Positions 21,941 to 35,022 of a stretch of DNA of 64,000 bases are shown here, one piece after another; the stretch's first letter is position 1; every line of letters starts with the position of its first letter. This DNA comes from Macrostomum lignano. Taxonomy: Eukaryota. The stretch spans positions 186,001-250,000 of the forward strand of contig NIVC01001374.1 of NCBI GenBank assembly GCA_002269645.1, given 5' to 3'. The notes under the pieces were generated by a model. It worked only from the letters and a program-made list of their open reading frames with translations, made no database searches and was not told the DNA's origin. A program made the position numbers and the translations under genes.

Positions 21941-22614
21941 AGCGCATGAATATTGAGTCTAGTTATTAGCTACTTAAGTCGTTAAGTGGCCGTAGTACCA
22001 ATGAAGGCCAATACGATTAGAAAGTCAACAAAGGGCCCGCTGTACACCCCGTGGAGCGGGTGTGTGAGTGCGTGACTGCGTACCTCGGTTCCTCGGTTCA
22101 GTAGGTTATTATACATCAAAAGAAAATAAGCTTGAAATAAGAAGTAAGCAAATGTGGTTAACAAACTGATGCAGCACAATCGCAATAAATGCAATCAGAA
22201 TATTAACTTTTATATTTTAGCTACCTCGAAATTTACTATGATATTACAATACAGTACAAATATTTCAAACATTCCCAAGTCAATCCAATAAAACCAGTTC
22301 AAGAGAACACACTTACAGAGTACAGCGGATACAAAAAAGCATATTGTGAAATTTATTCAGCAATGACTCAGTCGTGAACTCAAATTGAATTAGCAAATTA
22401 TATTTTTGCACAAAATATTGGCCAGATGACATGAACATCGGTGGTGCTTCGTCGCCAGTTATTTAGAAGATTAACTTTGTAAGAAAAAACACCCCCCCCT
22501 TCTTTAAACATGTACACCCACTCTCTGCCCCTTGCGGGCTGGCCCTCAAGTCTATGAACCCTCTGACCAATCTCAATCCTAGCGAGTAACATTGAGGAGT
22601 AATTGAGTCTCCAA

Positions 22615-23190
22615 TTATTTCGACAGGCTGTTCAGAAGGCCGAGCAGCCGGTCCAGTGTGCTCACAATGGCATCAGTCTTGGCGCAGTCCGAACTCTCAA
22701 GCAGGCGAGCCTGATAGTAATCAATCCGGTCAAGAGTGGCCGCCCGCAGTCTCTCTTCAACACAGACGCGGTCCTTGCCAGCCTGTGCTTGGCTGCGCGA
22801 TGGCGCCTGCGAGCTGGCAACGGAGGCGGCGGCTGCGGCGGCCTCTCTGGCGTGGACTCGGGCGGCCGACTCCGACTGAGCCGGGTCGTCTTTGCTAACG
22901 TCGGACTCGAGCTCGCGACAGGCGATGCAATAGTTGCCACCGCCGTTGCTCACCTCCATGAGGATGGTGCCGCAGTCGGGGCACACGTGGTCCAGCATTT
23001 TCCAGCCTTTGAGCAGGTACTCGCCCATCCGTTTGGCGATCTTGTCCGAGCGCTCGCGGCGAGCTTTCAGAACTTTCTGCTCCGCCTCGGTTGGCGGGCG
23101 CCACTCGGCATCGAAGCTGGCGTCGCCATTGTCGGCAGTTGATGATGAAGATGCGGCTGCTTGTTCGCGGAGTAGACTGCGAAAATCCAT
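22615..23190 (-). CDS. ZNRD2: ZNRD2/SSSCA1-like zinc-ribbon protein, single exon, 191 aa
   Basis: RRERSDKIAKRMGEYLLKGWKMLDHVCPDCGTILME...YCIAC matches the Auto_anti-p27/SSSCA1 zinc ribbon. Confidence 0.9.
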   Translation of the reverse strand: MDFRSLLREQAAASSSSTADNGDASFDAEWRPPTEAEQKVLKARRERSDKIAKRMGEYLLKGWKMLDHVCPDCGTILMEVSNGGGNYCIACRELESDVSKDDPAQSESAARVHAREAAAAAASVASSQAPSRSQAQAGKDRVCVEERLRAATLDRIDYYQARLLESSDCAKTDAIVSTLDRLLGLLNSLSK

Positions 23191-23214
23191 GCTGCTGCCG
23201 GGCTGCGGGTCAGC

Positions 23215-23905
23215 AAGTTCAAGCAGTCATAGAGGGGGGGTCAGCGAGTTCAATCAGTCATAGAGGGGGGGTCAGTGAGTTCAAGCAGTCATAGAGGGGG
23301 GGTCAGCCAGTTCAATCAGTCATAGAGGGGGGGTCAGCGAGTTCAATCAGTCATAGAGGGGGGGTCAGCGAGTTCAATCAGTCATAGAGGGGGGGTCAGC
23401 GAGTTCAATCAGTCATAGAGGGGGGGGTCAGTGAGTTCAATCAGTCATAGAGGGGGGTCAGCGAGTTCAAGCAGTCATAGAGGGGGGGTCAGCGAGTTCA
23501 ATCAGTCATAGAGGGGGGGTCAGCGAGTTCAATCAGTCATAGAGGGGGGGTCAGTGAGTTCAAGCAGTCATAGAGGGGGGGTCAGCGAGTTCAATCAGTC
23601 ATAGGGGGGGTCAGCGAGTTCAATCAGTCATAGAGGGGGGGGTCAGCGAGTTCAATCAGTCATAGAGGGGGGTCAGCAAGTTCAAGCAGTCATAGAGGGG
23701 GGGTCAGCGAGTTCAATCAGTCATAGAGGGGGGTCAGCGAGTTCAATCAGTCATAGAGGGGTTGTCAGTGAATTCCATCAGTCATAAAGGGGATGTCAGT
23801 GAATTCCATCAGTCATAAAGGGGATGTCAGTGAATTCCATCAGTCATAAAGGGGATGTCAGTGAGTTCCATCAGTCATAGAGGGGATGTCAGCGAATTCC
23901 ATCAG
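23215..23905. repeat. ~31-bp G-run minisatellite (tcagcgagttcaatcagtcatagaggggggg) immediately 5' of ZNRD2
   Basis: Direct tandem periodicity with variable G6-G8 runs. Confidence 0.95.
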
Positions 23906-24634
23906 TGAAATAAAAGTGCAACAAAGAAAACAGTAAATAAAATCAGAACTGTAAAATCAGTTAACCATCTTATTTAACAGATTACAGACTAGTTGAAAGC
24001 ATAAATTCCGGTATTGGATTAGTGGAACACAAACAATTATCACCTGAAAATCGTGTCAAGACTATTTTTAGATCGCATGACTGATGACTCATAATTGATA
24101 AAATTTATATTACACAAATTTCGTGTTTCAAATGACAATAACAATTAAATAATTTTGGCAGCAAACTGCAAGACAATGCAATAAAACATTTGTACAGTTG
24201 ATGATATGATGATAGATCAGCATTATTGGTTGACAAAGACACACAGATAGCCCGAAAAAAACGCTTTTTTGTGTACATCAATCTATTCGGCATTTAGCAC
24301 AAGGCTCAGCTTTGATATTCAATACCGTGCTGTGGATGACAAACTATTAAATATATCTGATTATTTATTATGAACACAAACTAATTGTACACATATTTGA
24401 ACAGTTTGGTCTATTGTGAGCAATAATAAAGTAGTTCCCAAGAACTCATCGAATACCAAATATTTAATTTATAGGCTGGGGCCTAATAAATATATAAATA
24501 TAATTACTGACTTCTGGGTTGACAAATTAAGGACAAGTTAAACTGGAATAAGAACTTGGAGAGCCGTACAAGCGCATCCTTGTGAACACCGGCTATCGTT
24601 GTGCTTGAGTCAGCTTGACATTTACTGGGATATG

Positions 24635-25785
24635 GATAGAATGGGATCAGGATAGAATGGGATCAGGATAGTTTGGAATCAGGATACAATGGGATCAGGA
24701 TACAATGGGATCAGGATAGAATGGGAACAGGATAGAATAGGATCAGGATAGAATGGGATCCGGATAGAATGGGATCAGGATAGAATGGGATCAGGATAGA
24801 ATGGGATCAGGATAGAATGGGATCCGGATAGAATGGGATCAGGATAGAATGGGATCAGGATAGAATGGGATCAGGATAGAATAGGATCAGGATAGAATAG
24901 GATCAGGATAGAATGGGATCCGGATAGAATGGGATCCAGATAGAATGGAATCAGAATAGAATGGGATAAGAATAGAATGGGATCAGGATAGAATGGGATC
25001 AGGATAGAATGGGATCAGGATAGAATAGGATCAGGATAGAATGGGATCAGGATAGAATGGGATCAGAATAGAATAGGATCAGGATAGAATGGGATCAGGA
25101 TAGAATGGGATCAGGATAGAATGGGATCAGGATAGAATAGGATCAGGATAGAATGGGATCAGGATAGAATGGGATCAGGATAGAATGGGATCAGAATAGA
25201 ATAGGATCAGGATAGAATGGGATCAGGATAGAATGGGATCAGGATAGAATGGGATCAGAATAGAATAGGATCAGGATAGAATGGGATCAGGATAGAATGG
25301 GATCAGGATAGAATGGGATCAGGATAGAATAGGATCAGGATAGAATGGGATCAGGATAGAATAGGATCAGGATAGAATGGGATCAGGATAGAATGGGATC
25401 AGAATAGAATAGGATCAGGATAGAATGGGATCAGGATAGAATGGGAGCAGGATAGAATGGGATCAGGATAGAATGGGATCAGGATAGAATAGGATCAGGA
25501 TAGAATGGGATCAGAATAGAATGGGATCAGGATAGAATGGGATCAGGATAGAATGGGAGCAGGATAGAATGGGATCAGGATAGAATGGGATCAGGATAGA
25601 ATAGGATCAGGATAGAATGGGATCCGGATAGAAATGGGGTTAGAATAGAATGGGATCAGGATAGAATGGGAGCAGGATAGAATGGGATCAGGATAGAATG
25701 GGATCAGGATAGAATGGGATCAGGATAGAATGGGATCAGGATAGAATGGGATCAGGATAGAATGGGATCGGATAGAATAGGGTCA
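24635..25785. repeat. 16-bp minisatellite (ggatagaatgggatca), ~70 copies
   Basis: Direct tandem periodicity. Confidence 0.97.
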
Positions 25786-25811
25786 AAGAAACAGAATCTC
25801 CATAGCAACAA

Positions 25812-28800
25812 TCAAGAGGCCGGAGGCGAAGCAGGCGGACTGGGCGATGGCGAATAGAAGTCAACGGGAGAGGCGGCGGCGCTGGCGGCCCGGGCGGATG
25901 CGCAGTCGCCGTCATTAGATGACAGACAGTCGGCAAAGGTCTCATCTTCGTAGTGCTCGGACGCTGACGCGGCTCCAGGCAGAATCCGTTCGCTCTGGGT
26001 GAAGGCGCGCAGCACCGACTCTTCAACGGAGTGGTCGCCGCGCTCGGCCAGCGCGCTGAGCGAGTCCTCCAAGAAGCGGCATTTGACGGTGAGCTGGTGC
26101 AGGCGGGATCGGCGCAGCTCCTCCTGCTGGGTGATCTGCGCCAGGCAGCTGGACAGAGCGCCAGCCACCTCCGCTGAGCTTTTGGACAAGGCTCGAAGCT
26201 TCGGCTGTACAGCGGCCAGGCAGCGGCTGGCGTCGGTTGGAGACTGCGGCTGTTCGATGAGGCGGAGTAAAGACTCAACAGCGGCCACCTGGGAGTTTGA
26301 GCAGGGTTTTCGCTTTTAAAAGATTCTGAAATAGATTCTAACTTAAACGTAAAAATTTAACTTAAACTGAATTAATGAAGTACAGGAAATGTTTGCTATG
26401 GTGTCAGAATGCTTGAGCTGTAATTGACTGCCTGTGTCAGAATGCTTGAGCTGTAATTGACTGTCTGTGTCAGAATGCTTGAGCTGTAATTGACTGTCTG
26501 TGTCAGACTGCTTCAGCTGTAATTGACTGCCTGTGTCAGACTGCTTGAGCTGTAATTGACTGTCTGTGTCAGACTGCTTCAGCTGTAATTGACTGTCTGT
26601 GTCAGAGTGCTCAGCTGTAATTGATTGTCTGTGTCAGACTGCTTCAGCTGTAATTGACTGTCTGTGTCAGACTGCTTGAGCTGTAATTGACTGTCTGTGT
26701 CAGACTGCTTCAGCTGTAATTGACTGCCTGTGTCAGACTGCTTCAGCTGTAATTGACTGTCTGTGTCAGAGTGCTCAGCTGTAATTGACTGCATGTGTCA
26801 GAGTGCTCAGCTGTAATTGACTGCCTGTGTCAGACTGCTCAGCTGTAATTGACTGTCTGTGTCAGACTGCTTGAGCTGTAATTGACTGTCTGTGTCAGAG
26901 TGCTCAGCTGTAATTGACTGCATGTGTCAGAGTGCTCAGCTGTAATTGACTGCCTGTGTCAGAGTGCTCATCTGTAAGTGCCAACCTGATCAACCAGAAT
27001 CTGCTGGTGCGCCTCGGCGGCCCTGACGGACTCGGCCATTGACCGGATCGGCACAAAGCCGCCGCCGTCCTCCAGACCGCCGCCTCCGCCGCTGCTGTCG
27101 CTGACGCTGCGGCCGCCTCGACCTCTAGCAGATCCGGCCGCCTCGATGTCGGTGGCCAACCGGCGGTCGCCGAATTCGATGTGACGCCGAATAGCGGTGA
27201 GCCACAGTTGCCTGGCAACTGGCGAGTCATCCTCCGGCATGCAGCGGAGGGTGTGCCTAGAGGGTGTGGATTGAGATTCTCTGGTCTGGATTGAGATTCT
27301 CTGGTTTGGATTGAGATTCTCTGGTTTGGTTTGAGATTCTCTGGTCTGGATTGAGATTCTCTGGTCTGGATTGAGATTCTCTGGTCTGGATTGAGATTCT
27401 CTGGTCTGGATTGAGATTCTCTGGTCTGGATTGAGATTCTCTGGTCTGGATTGAGATTCTCTGGTCTGGATTGAGATTCTCTGGTCTGGTTTGAGATTTT
27501 CTGCTCTGGTTTGAGATTCTCTGGACAAAGATCTGCAGAATTGATATTTACCTTTCCACTTGAGTCTTGAGAGTCTCCAGATTGACATAATGAGATACTC
27601 TATTAAATTGAGACATCCAGATTCTCCGAAATGAGACGGTGAAATTCTTTAAATTGAATGCCGATTCAAATTCTAAACTCAGTGGAAAGAGCTCGGAGGC
27701 GACTCAGTTTCCCCGCCTTTTTCCCCGCTCTCCTCTGCTAAGGGTAGATAGATATAATGGGCAGATAGAGATAAGAGGCAGATAGAGATAAGGGTAGATA
27801 AAGATAAGATTAGATAGAGATAAGAGCATATAGAGATAAGGGGCAGACAGGGATATAAGGAGCAGATAGAGATTAGGGTAGATAGATATAAGCGGCAGAT
27901 AGAGATAAGGGTAGATAGAGATAAGGGTAGATAGAGATAAGGGGCCGATAGAGACAAGGGGCAGATAGAGATAAGGGTAGTGCCAATATACACTATAATA
28001 AGCATATGCAATAAATACCTGGCGCCATTGCTGAAGCAGACAACAAGACAATCGGCTTGCACATCCGTGCTGGTCACCACGCTGCCATTCAATGCCCGTT
28101 GAAACGCCAGACTCTGGGTTGCTCTGTACTGTCCGCCAGATTTTGACGCCCGATAATACCTGAGCTCGGCGTTGTCCAATTCTACGTGTATAGTCCGCCA
28201 GCCTAGCAACAAGAAGGCGGCTTTCTTCTGCATCAGACCGGACCGAGGCGCGGGCGGGTCCCGGTGCAGCAGGGACGGTAGGCTGGGCACCGAGGCGAGC
28301 AGCTGGCGCATCGCTGAGCTGACAGCCAGATCAGCTGGACAGCAACCGGCCAGGTTTCGTTTAGACGGATCGGCGCCTCGCTCTAATAACTGTACTGCTA
28401 ATTGGCTGCGGTTGGATCTGGCAGCCAGGTGTAGCGGCGTGTTGCCGTACCGGTCTGTGCAGTGCAGGTCTGGCGGGCAGGTCAGGCCTGCGCGAGAGGG
28501 GGGGCATGGATATGCTCAGGGACTGCTCAGACACTGCTCAGAGGCTACTAAAGAGTTGATCAAGTGCTGCTCAGAGGCTGCTTGGTTACATGCTGCTTAG
28601 GGGTTACTCAGGGGTTGGTCAGATGCTGCTCAGGGGTTAGTCAGGGGTTGGTCATGTCCTGCTCAGGGGTTAGTCAGGAGCTGCTCAGGGGTTAGTCAAG
28701 GGTTGGTCAGGGGTTAGTCAGGTGCTGCTCAGGGGTTAGTCAAGGGTTGGTCAGGGGTTAGTCAGGTGCTGCTCAGGGGTTAGTCAGGGGTTGGTCAGGG

Positions 28801-29951
28801 GTTGGTCAGGTGCTGCTCAGGGGTTGGTCAGGTGCTGCTCAGGGGTTGGTCAGGTGCTGCTCAGGGGTTAGTCAGGTGCTGCTCAGGGGTTAGTCAGGTG
28901 CTGCTCAGGGGTTAGTCAGGTGCTGCTCAGGGGTTAGTCAGGGGTTGGTCAGGAGTTAGTCAGGAGCTGCTCAGGGGTTAGTCAGGGGTTGGTCAGGTGC
29001 TGCTCAGGGGTTAGTCAGGGGTTGGTCAGGTGCTGCTCAGGGGTTAGTCAGGGGTTGGTCAGGTGCTGCTCAGGGGTTAGTCAGGGGTTAGTCAGGGGTT
29101 GGTCAGGTGCTGCTCAGGGGTTAGTCAGGTGCTGCTCAGGGGTTACTCAGGGTTTGGTCAGGTGCGGCTCAGGGGTTAGTCAAGTGCTGCTCTTGGGTTA
29201 CTCAGGGGTTAGTCAAGTGCTGCTCTTGGGTTACTCAGGGGTTAGTCAGGTGCTGCTCTTGGGTTACTCAGGGGTTAGTCAGGTGCTGCGCAGGGGTAAC
29301 TCAGGGAATCAGAATAACTGCTAAGAGGCGGCTCCTACGATTCGTAAAGTCGGTTTCTCTTAATTCCCAAGTCTGTTTAGTGAAGATTCTCAATGTCTAA
29401 GGCTTTCAATTACCCAGCAGTTGGTCCGCGGTGCCGCAGTCACCAGCCTGAGCAGCCGCTAGCAATCTCTGCTCCAGCTGTTTGCCAGCGTGAATCTCAG
29501 CGGCAGCAATCATGTCGGCAACCTCAGGCGTTTTAGCCAAATCTGACGGGGTCTGATTGGCGTAGTTTGTCAGGCGGACATCGCAGCCGGCGTCTAGGAG
29601 GATTCGAACCACGGACGACCGGCCAGTATAGCTGGCCTTGTGCAAAGGAGTGTCGCCATTGTCGGCTGGGGCGTCGACATCGGCGCCATGTTCCAGCAGG
29701 AATCGGCAGGCCTCAGAGTGGCCAAAGAAAGCAGCCAGGTGCAGCGGAGTCCAACCAAAGAAGCTCTTGGAGTAGCTGGGTAGGTTCAAGCTGAAGCCGG
29801 GCATTGCTCGGTTGAGGCTGAGCAATTGTTGCAAATCGTCTACTGAATTGTTTCTGGCGCACTGGCTCACCAGCTCGCGAAGCTCATCCAGCTCTAGCAG
29901 GCAGCCGTTGGCATAGTCCGTTTTCGCCTCAGGCTGGTGGCACTCGGTCAT
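25812..29951 (-). CDS. OSBPL1A: OSBPL1A/ORP1L-like ankyrin-PH-coiled-coil-FFAT protein, 584 aa, four exons (29951-29414, 28487-28019, 27256-26986, 26288-25812); no ORD seen
   Basis: Ankyrin repeats (GWTPLHLAAFFGH, GDTPLHKASYTG, GNTPLHLAA), PH domain (LLGWRTIHVELDNAELRYY...RQLWLTAIRRH), coiled coil, FFAT-like EDETFADCLS. Splice phases 1/2/0 join in frame, and the domain order and sequence match the ORP1L N-terminal half. Confidence 0.8.
26395..26972. repeat. 32-33-bp intronic minisatellite (gctgtaattgactgtctgtgtcagactgcttca)
   Basis: Direct tandem periodicity. Confidence 0.95.
27270..27525. repeat. 20-bp intronic minisatellite (gattgagattctctggtctg)
   Basis: Direct tandem periodicity. Confidence 0.95.
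27740..27980. repeat. 16-18-bp degenerate intronic repeat (gatagagataaggg..)
   Basis: Imperfect tandem periodicity. Confidence 0.85.
28595..29305. repeat. Compound intronic minisatellite (ggtgctgctcaggggttagtca / ggggttggtca)
   Basis: Mixed 11- and 22-bp units in tandem. Confidence 0.92.
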
Positions 29952-29989
29952 GGCTGCAAGGTTAAGCTAGCTAATCAGAATATTTAGAG

Positions 29990-30165
29990 ATTCCATTAGG
30001 AGTATCTGGGACACTGTTAGGATATTATTCTATAGAGTCTAGTAGGAGTATCTGCCTATATCTGGGACACTATTGGGCGATTATATAGTCCATTAGGAGT
30101 ATCTGGGACACTGTTAGGCGATTATATAGTCCATTAGGAGTATCTGGGACACTATTAGGCGATTA
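29990..30165. repeat. 41-bp minisatellite (gtccattaggagtatctgggacactattaggcgattatata); same family at 35250-35537
   Basis: Two arrays of the same unit on either side of the large satellite block. Confidence 0.9.
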
Positions 30166-30799
30166 ATCCTTCCTATATACTAAAAATGGTCTGTCTGTGT
30201 CTATCTATCTATCTATCTATGTGATCGATTAGAGAAAAAATGGCTGGACCGATTTTGTTCGAACTTGCACTGTTCGATCAGAAATTTTCCCGTGACTGTA
30301 CATGCATCGTGGCTAAGAAATTGCTCGATGCTAAAGGCATTAAATATTCGAAAAACATGCTTTTTTGTAAAGGTCAAGCAAAGTTTTCGACTTGAAATGC
30401 ATTGTAAGAATGCTAGAGAAAAAACTGACTGGTTGAATTCTGATTCTGAAATAGATTGCATCATAACTGAATTGTAACTCCGACTTGAATTGAAAATGCA
30501 GTTTGGAAGCGTAGCACCAGACTTGATTTAAATTGCGTAACCATGCATATTGTTAACTGATACTGACTGACTGAGAAACTGATTATGTCATAACTGCTTC
30601 GTGTGATTTACTCTATGCTTGGATTTTAAAGTGTTGAATTATATAAGTGCAAAATTTGATGTTATCAAAACGATGAGAGCTAGCCTAGAGGTGAACAAAC
30701 TGAACTGCTAAATGCAGCAACGATGGTTCGAATTTTCATAGAGTATAATTTTTTTTAATTAAAGCTTTTCAACGTCAGGAAAACTAAAAGACTTTTTAA

Positions 30800-33700
30800 A
30801 AAGAAGCGTCATGTAAAAATCATAGAAGCGTCATGTAAAAAATCATAGAAGCGTCATATAAACAATCATAGAAGCGTCATGTAAAAAATCATAGAAGCGT
30901 CATGTAAACAATCATGGAAGCGTCATGTAAACAATCATAGAAGCTTCATGTAAAAAATCATAGAAGCGTCATGTAAAAAATCATAGAAGCGTCATGTAAA
31001 CAATCATAGAAGCGTCATGTAAACAATCATAGAAGCGTCATGTAAACAATCATAGAAGCGTCATGTAAACAATCATAGAAGCGTCATGTAAACAATCATA
31101 GAAGCGTCATGTAAAAAATTATAAGAAGCGTCATGTAAACAATCATAGAAGCGTCATGTAAACAATCATAGAAGCGTCATGTAAAAAATCGTAGAAGCGT
31201 CAAATAAAAATCATAGAAGCGTCATTTTAAAAATCATAGAAGCGTCATATAAAAACCATAGAAGCGTCATTTTAAAAATCATAGAAGCGTCATGTAAAAA
31301 ATCATAAAAGCGTCAAATAAAAATCATAGAAGCGTCATTTAAAAAATCATAGAAGCGTCAATATGTAAAGAATCATAGAAGCGTCATGTAAAAAATCGTA
31401 GAAGCGTCATATAAAAATCATAGAAGCGCCATTTAAAAAATCATAGAAGCGTCATGTAAAAAATCATAAGAAGCGTCATGTAAACAATCATAGAAGCGTC
31501 ATTTAAAAAATCATAGAAGCGTCAATATGTAAACAATCATAGAAGCGTCATGTAAAAAATCGTAGAAGCGTCATATAAAAATAATAGAAGCGCCATTTAA
31601 AAAATCATAGAAGCGTCATGTAAAAAATCATAAGAAGCGTCATGTAAACAATCATAGAAGCGTCATATAAAAATCATAGAAGCGTCATATAAAATATCAT
31701 AGAAGCGTCATGTAAACAATCATAGAAGCGTCATGTAAACAATCATAGAAGCGTCATGTAAACAATCATAGAAGCGTCATGTAAAAAATCATAGAAGCGT
31801 CATGTAAACAATCATAGAAGCGTCATGTAAACAATCATAGAAGCGTCATGTAAACAATCATAGAAGCGTCATGTAAACAATCATAGAAGCGTCATGTAAA
31901 CAATCATAGAAGCGTCATGTAAACAATCATAGAAGCGTCATTTAAAAAATCATAGAAGCGTCATGTAAACAATCATAGAAGCGTCATGTAAAAAATCGTA
32001 GAAGCGTCATATTAAAATCATAGAAGCGTCATGTAAAAAGTCATAGAAGCGTCATGTAAACAATCATAGAAACGTCATGTAAAAAATCGTAGAAACGTCA
32101 TATAAAAATCATAGAAGCGTCATTTAAAAAATCATAGAAGCGTCATTTAAAAATCATAGAAGCGTCAATATGTAAACAATCATAGAAGCGTCATGTAAAA
32201 AATCGTAGAAGCGTCATATAAAAATAATAGAAGCGCCATTTAAAAAATCATAGAAGCGTCATGTAAAAAATCATAAGAAGCGTCATGTAAACAATCATAG
32301 AAGCGTCATGCAAACAATCATAGAAGCGTCATGTAAAAAATCATAGAAGCGTCATGTAAACAATCATAGAAGCGTCATGTAAACAATCATAGAAGCGTCA
32401 TGTAAAAATCATAGAAGCGTAATTTAAAAAATCATAGAAGCGTCATGTAAACAATCATAGAAGCGTCATGTAAACAATCATAGAAGCGTCATGTAAAAAT
32501 CACAGAAGCGTCATTTAAAAAGTCATAGAAGCGTCATGTAAACAATCATAGAAGCGTCATTTAAAAAATCATAGAAGCGTCAATATGTAAACAATCATAG
32601 AAGCGTCATGTAAAAAATCGTAGAAGCGTCATATAAAAATAATAGAAGCGCCATTTAAAAATCATAGAAGCGTCATGTAAAAAATCATAAGAAGCGTCAT
32701 GTAAACAATCATAGAAGCGTCATATAAAAATCATAGAAGCGTCATATAAAATATCATAGAAGCGTCATGTAAACAATCATAGAAGCGTCATGTAAACAAT
32801 CATAGAAGCGTCATGTAAACAATCATAGAAGCGTCATGTAAAAAATCATAGAAGCGTCATGTAAACAATCATAGAAGCGTCATGTAAACAATCATAGAAG
32901 CGTCATGTAAACAATCATAGAAGCGTCATGTAAACAATCATAGAAGCGTCATGTAAACAATCATAGAAGCGTCATGTAAACAATCATAGAAGCGTCATTT
33001 AAAAAATCATAGAAGCGTCATGTAAACAATCATAGAAGCGTCATGTAAAAAATCGTAGAAGCGTCATATTAAAATCATAGAAGCGTCATGTAAAAAGTCA
33101 TAGAAGCGTCATGTAAACAATCATAGAAACGTCATGTAAAAAATCGTAGAAACGTCATATAAAAATCATAGAAGCGTCATTTAAAAAATCATAGAAGCGT
33201 CATTTAAAAATCATAGAAGCGTCAATATGTAAACAATCATAGAAGCGTCATGTAAAAAATCGTAGAAGCGTCATATAAAAATAATAGAAGCGCCATTTAA
33301 AAAATCATAGAAGCGTCATGTAAAAAATCATAAGAAGCGTCATGTAAACAATCATAGAAGCGTCATGCAAACAATCATAGAAGCGTCATGTAAAAAATCA
33401 TAGAAGCGTCATGTAAACAATCATAGAAGCGTCATGTAAACAATCATAGAAGCGTCATGTAAAAATCATAGAAGCGTAATTTAAAAAATCATAGAAGCGT
33501 CATGTAAACAATCATAGAAGCGTCATGTAAACAATCATAGAAGCGTCATGTAAAAATCACAGAAGCGTCATTTAAAAAGTCATAGAAGCGTCATGTAAGC
33601 AATCATAGAAGCGTCATGTAAAAATCATAGAAGCGTCATGTAAAAAATTATAGAAGCGTCATGTAAACAATCATAGAAGCGTCATGTAAACAATCATAGA

Positions 33701-34070
33701 AGCGTCATGTAAAAAATCGTAGAAGCGTCATGTAAACAATCATAGAAGCGTCATGTAAAAAATCGTAGAAGCGTTATTTAAAAAAATCATAGAAGCGCCA
33801 TTTAAAAAATCATAGAAGCGTCATGTAAAAAATCATAGAAGCGTCATGTAAACAATCATAGAAACGTCATGTAAACAATCATAGAAGCGTCATGTAAACA
33901 ATCATAGAAGCGTCATGTAAACAATCATAGAAGCGTCATGTAAATAATCATAGAAGCGTCATATAAAAATCATAGAAGCGTCATGTAAAAAAATCATAGA
34001 AGCGTCATGTAAAAATCATAGAAGCGTCAAGAAAAAATCATAGAAGCCTCATTTAAAACTAATGAAAGTG
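30800..34070. repeat. 22-23-bp satellite (atcatagaagcgtcatgtaaaca), ~140 copies
   Basis: Direct tandem periodicity over ~3.3 kb. Confidence 0.98.
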
Positions 34071-34954
34071 TCATTTAAAAAATTAAGAAGCATCATGGTA
34101 GAATAAAAGAAGCGTCATGTCAGACATGAAGGGTGTCATGTAAAAATTAAATGCAGCTATAATGCTGAGCTGGGAGAAAAACTGAGACGTCAAGGCTCTC
34201 AGAGAATAACTGAGATTACGGGGGGGGGGGGTTTCTGAGATGTCAAAGCAAAAGTCAGAAGCTACTTCAAAGTTCATGTACTTTACTCAATTTTTTTATT
34301 GCATTCTTCGTTGGCTCGCCACAGGGGGGCGCTGATAGAAGAAGAGTCATGTAAAAAATAAAAGTAGCACTATGTATACATAAAAGAAAAGTCATGTCGG
34401 AGTTAAAAGATTCATCTGGGAATTGCTACGATGTCAAAGCTTGGTGGAAATCGTTATAGTGCTGTGATTCTTAAAGAAGGAATCACTAAAATGTCAAGGC
34501 TTAGGGGAGAAGAATTGCTGAGATTTCAAGGCTTTAGGTTGGGTTAAAGTTAGGTTTAGGTCAGGTTTGGGTTGAGGGTTAGATTTTATCGGGTTTCAAG
34601 GTTAACAGGGGATTTTTTAGATTTCAAGGTTTATGGGGGCCATCGCTGACATGTCAAGGCTTACGGGGGGAATAGCTGAGATGTCAAGGCTCACGGGGGT
34701 ATAAATGAGATTTCAAGGCTAAAGTCAGAAGCTACATGTAGTTTATTGAAAACTTTTTATTACATTATTTGATGCCTCCTCAGGGGAGGGATCGCTGATA
34801 AAAAAAGCGTAACGTAAAAAATAAAAGAAGCTTCATGTCGAAGTTAAGAGATTCATTTGGGAATCCCTACGATGTCGAGGCTTGCAGGGAATCGCTATAA
34901 TGCTGTAGTAGTGCTATTATGACTCTTAGAGAGAATTACTGGAATTTCAATGCT

Positions 34955-35022
34955 TTAGGGTTAGGTTAGGGTTAGGGTTAGGGTTAGGGTTAGGGTTAGG
35001 GTTAGGCTAGGGTTAGGGTTAG
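34955..35022 (+). repeat. Interstitial telomeric repeat (TTAGGG)~11
   Basis: Direct reading; a degenerate copy lies at ~34535-34585. Confidence 0.92.

Noticed and set aside
28989-29324. Cys/Gly-rich repeat ORF (VRCCSGVSQGL)
   Set aside because: Opposite-strand translation of an intronic minisatellite of the OSBPL1A-like gene.
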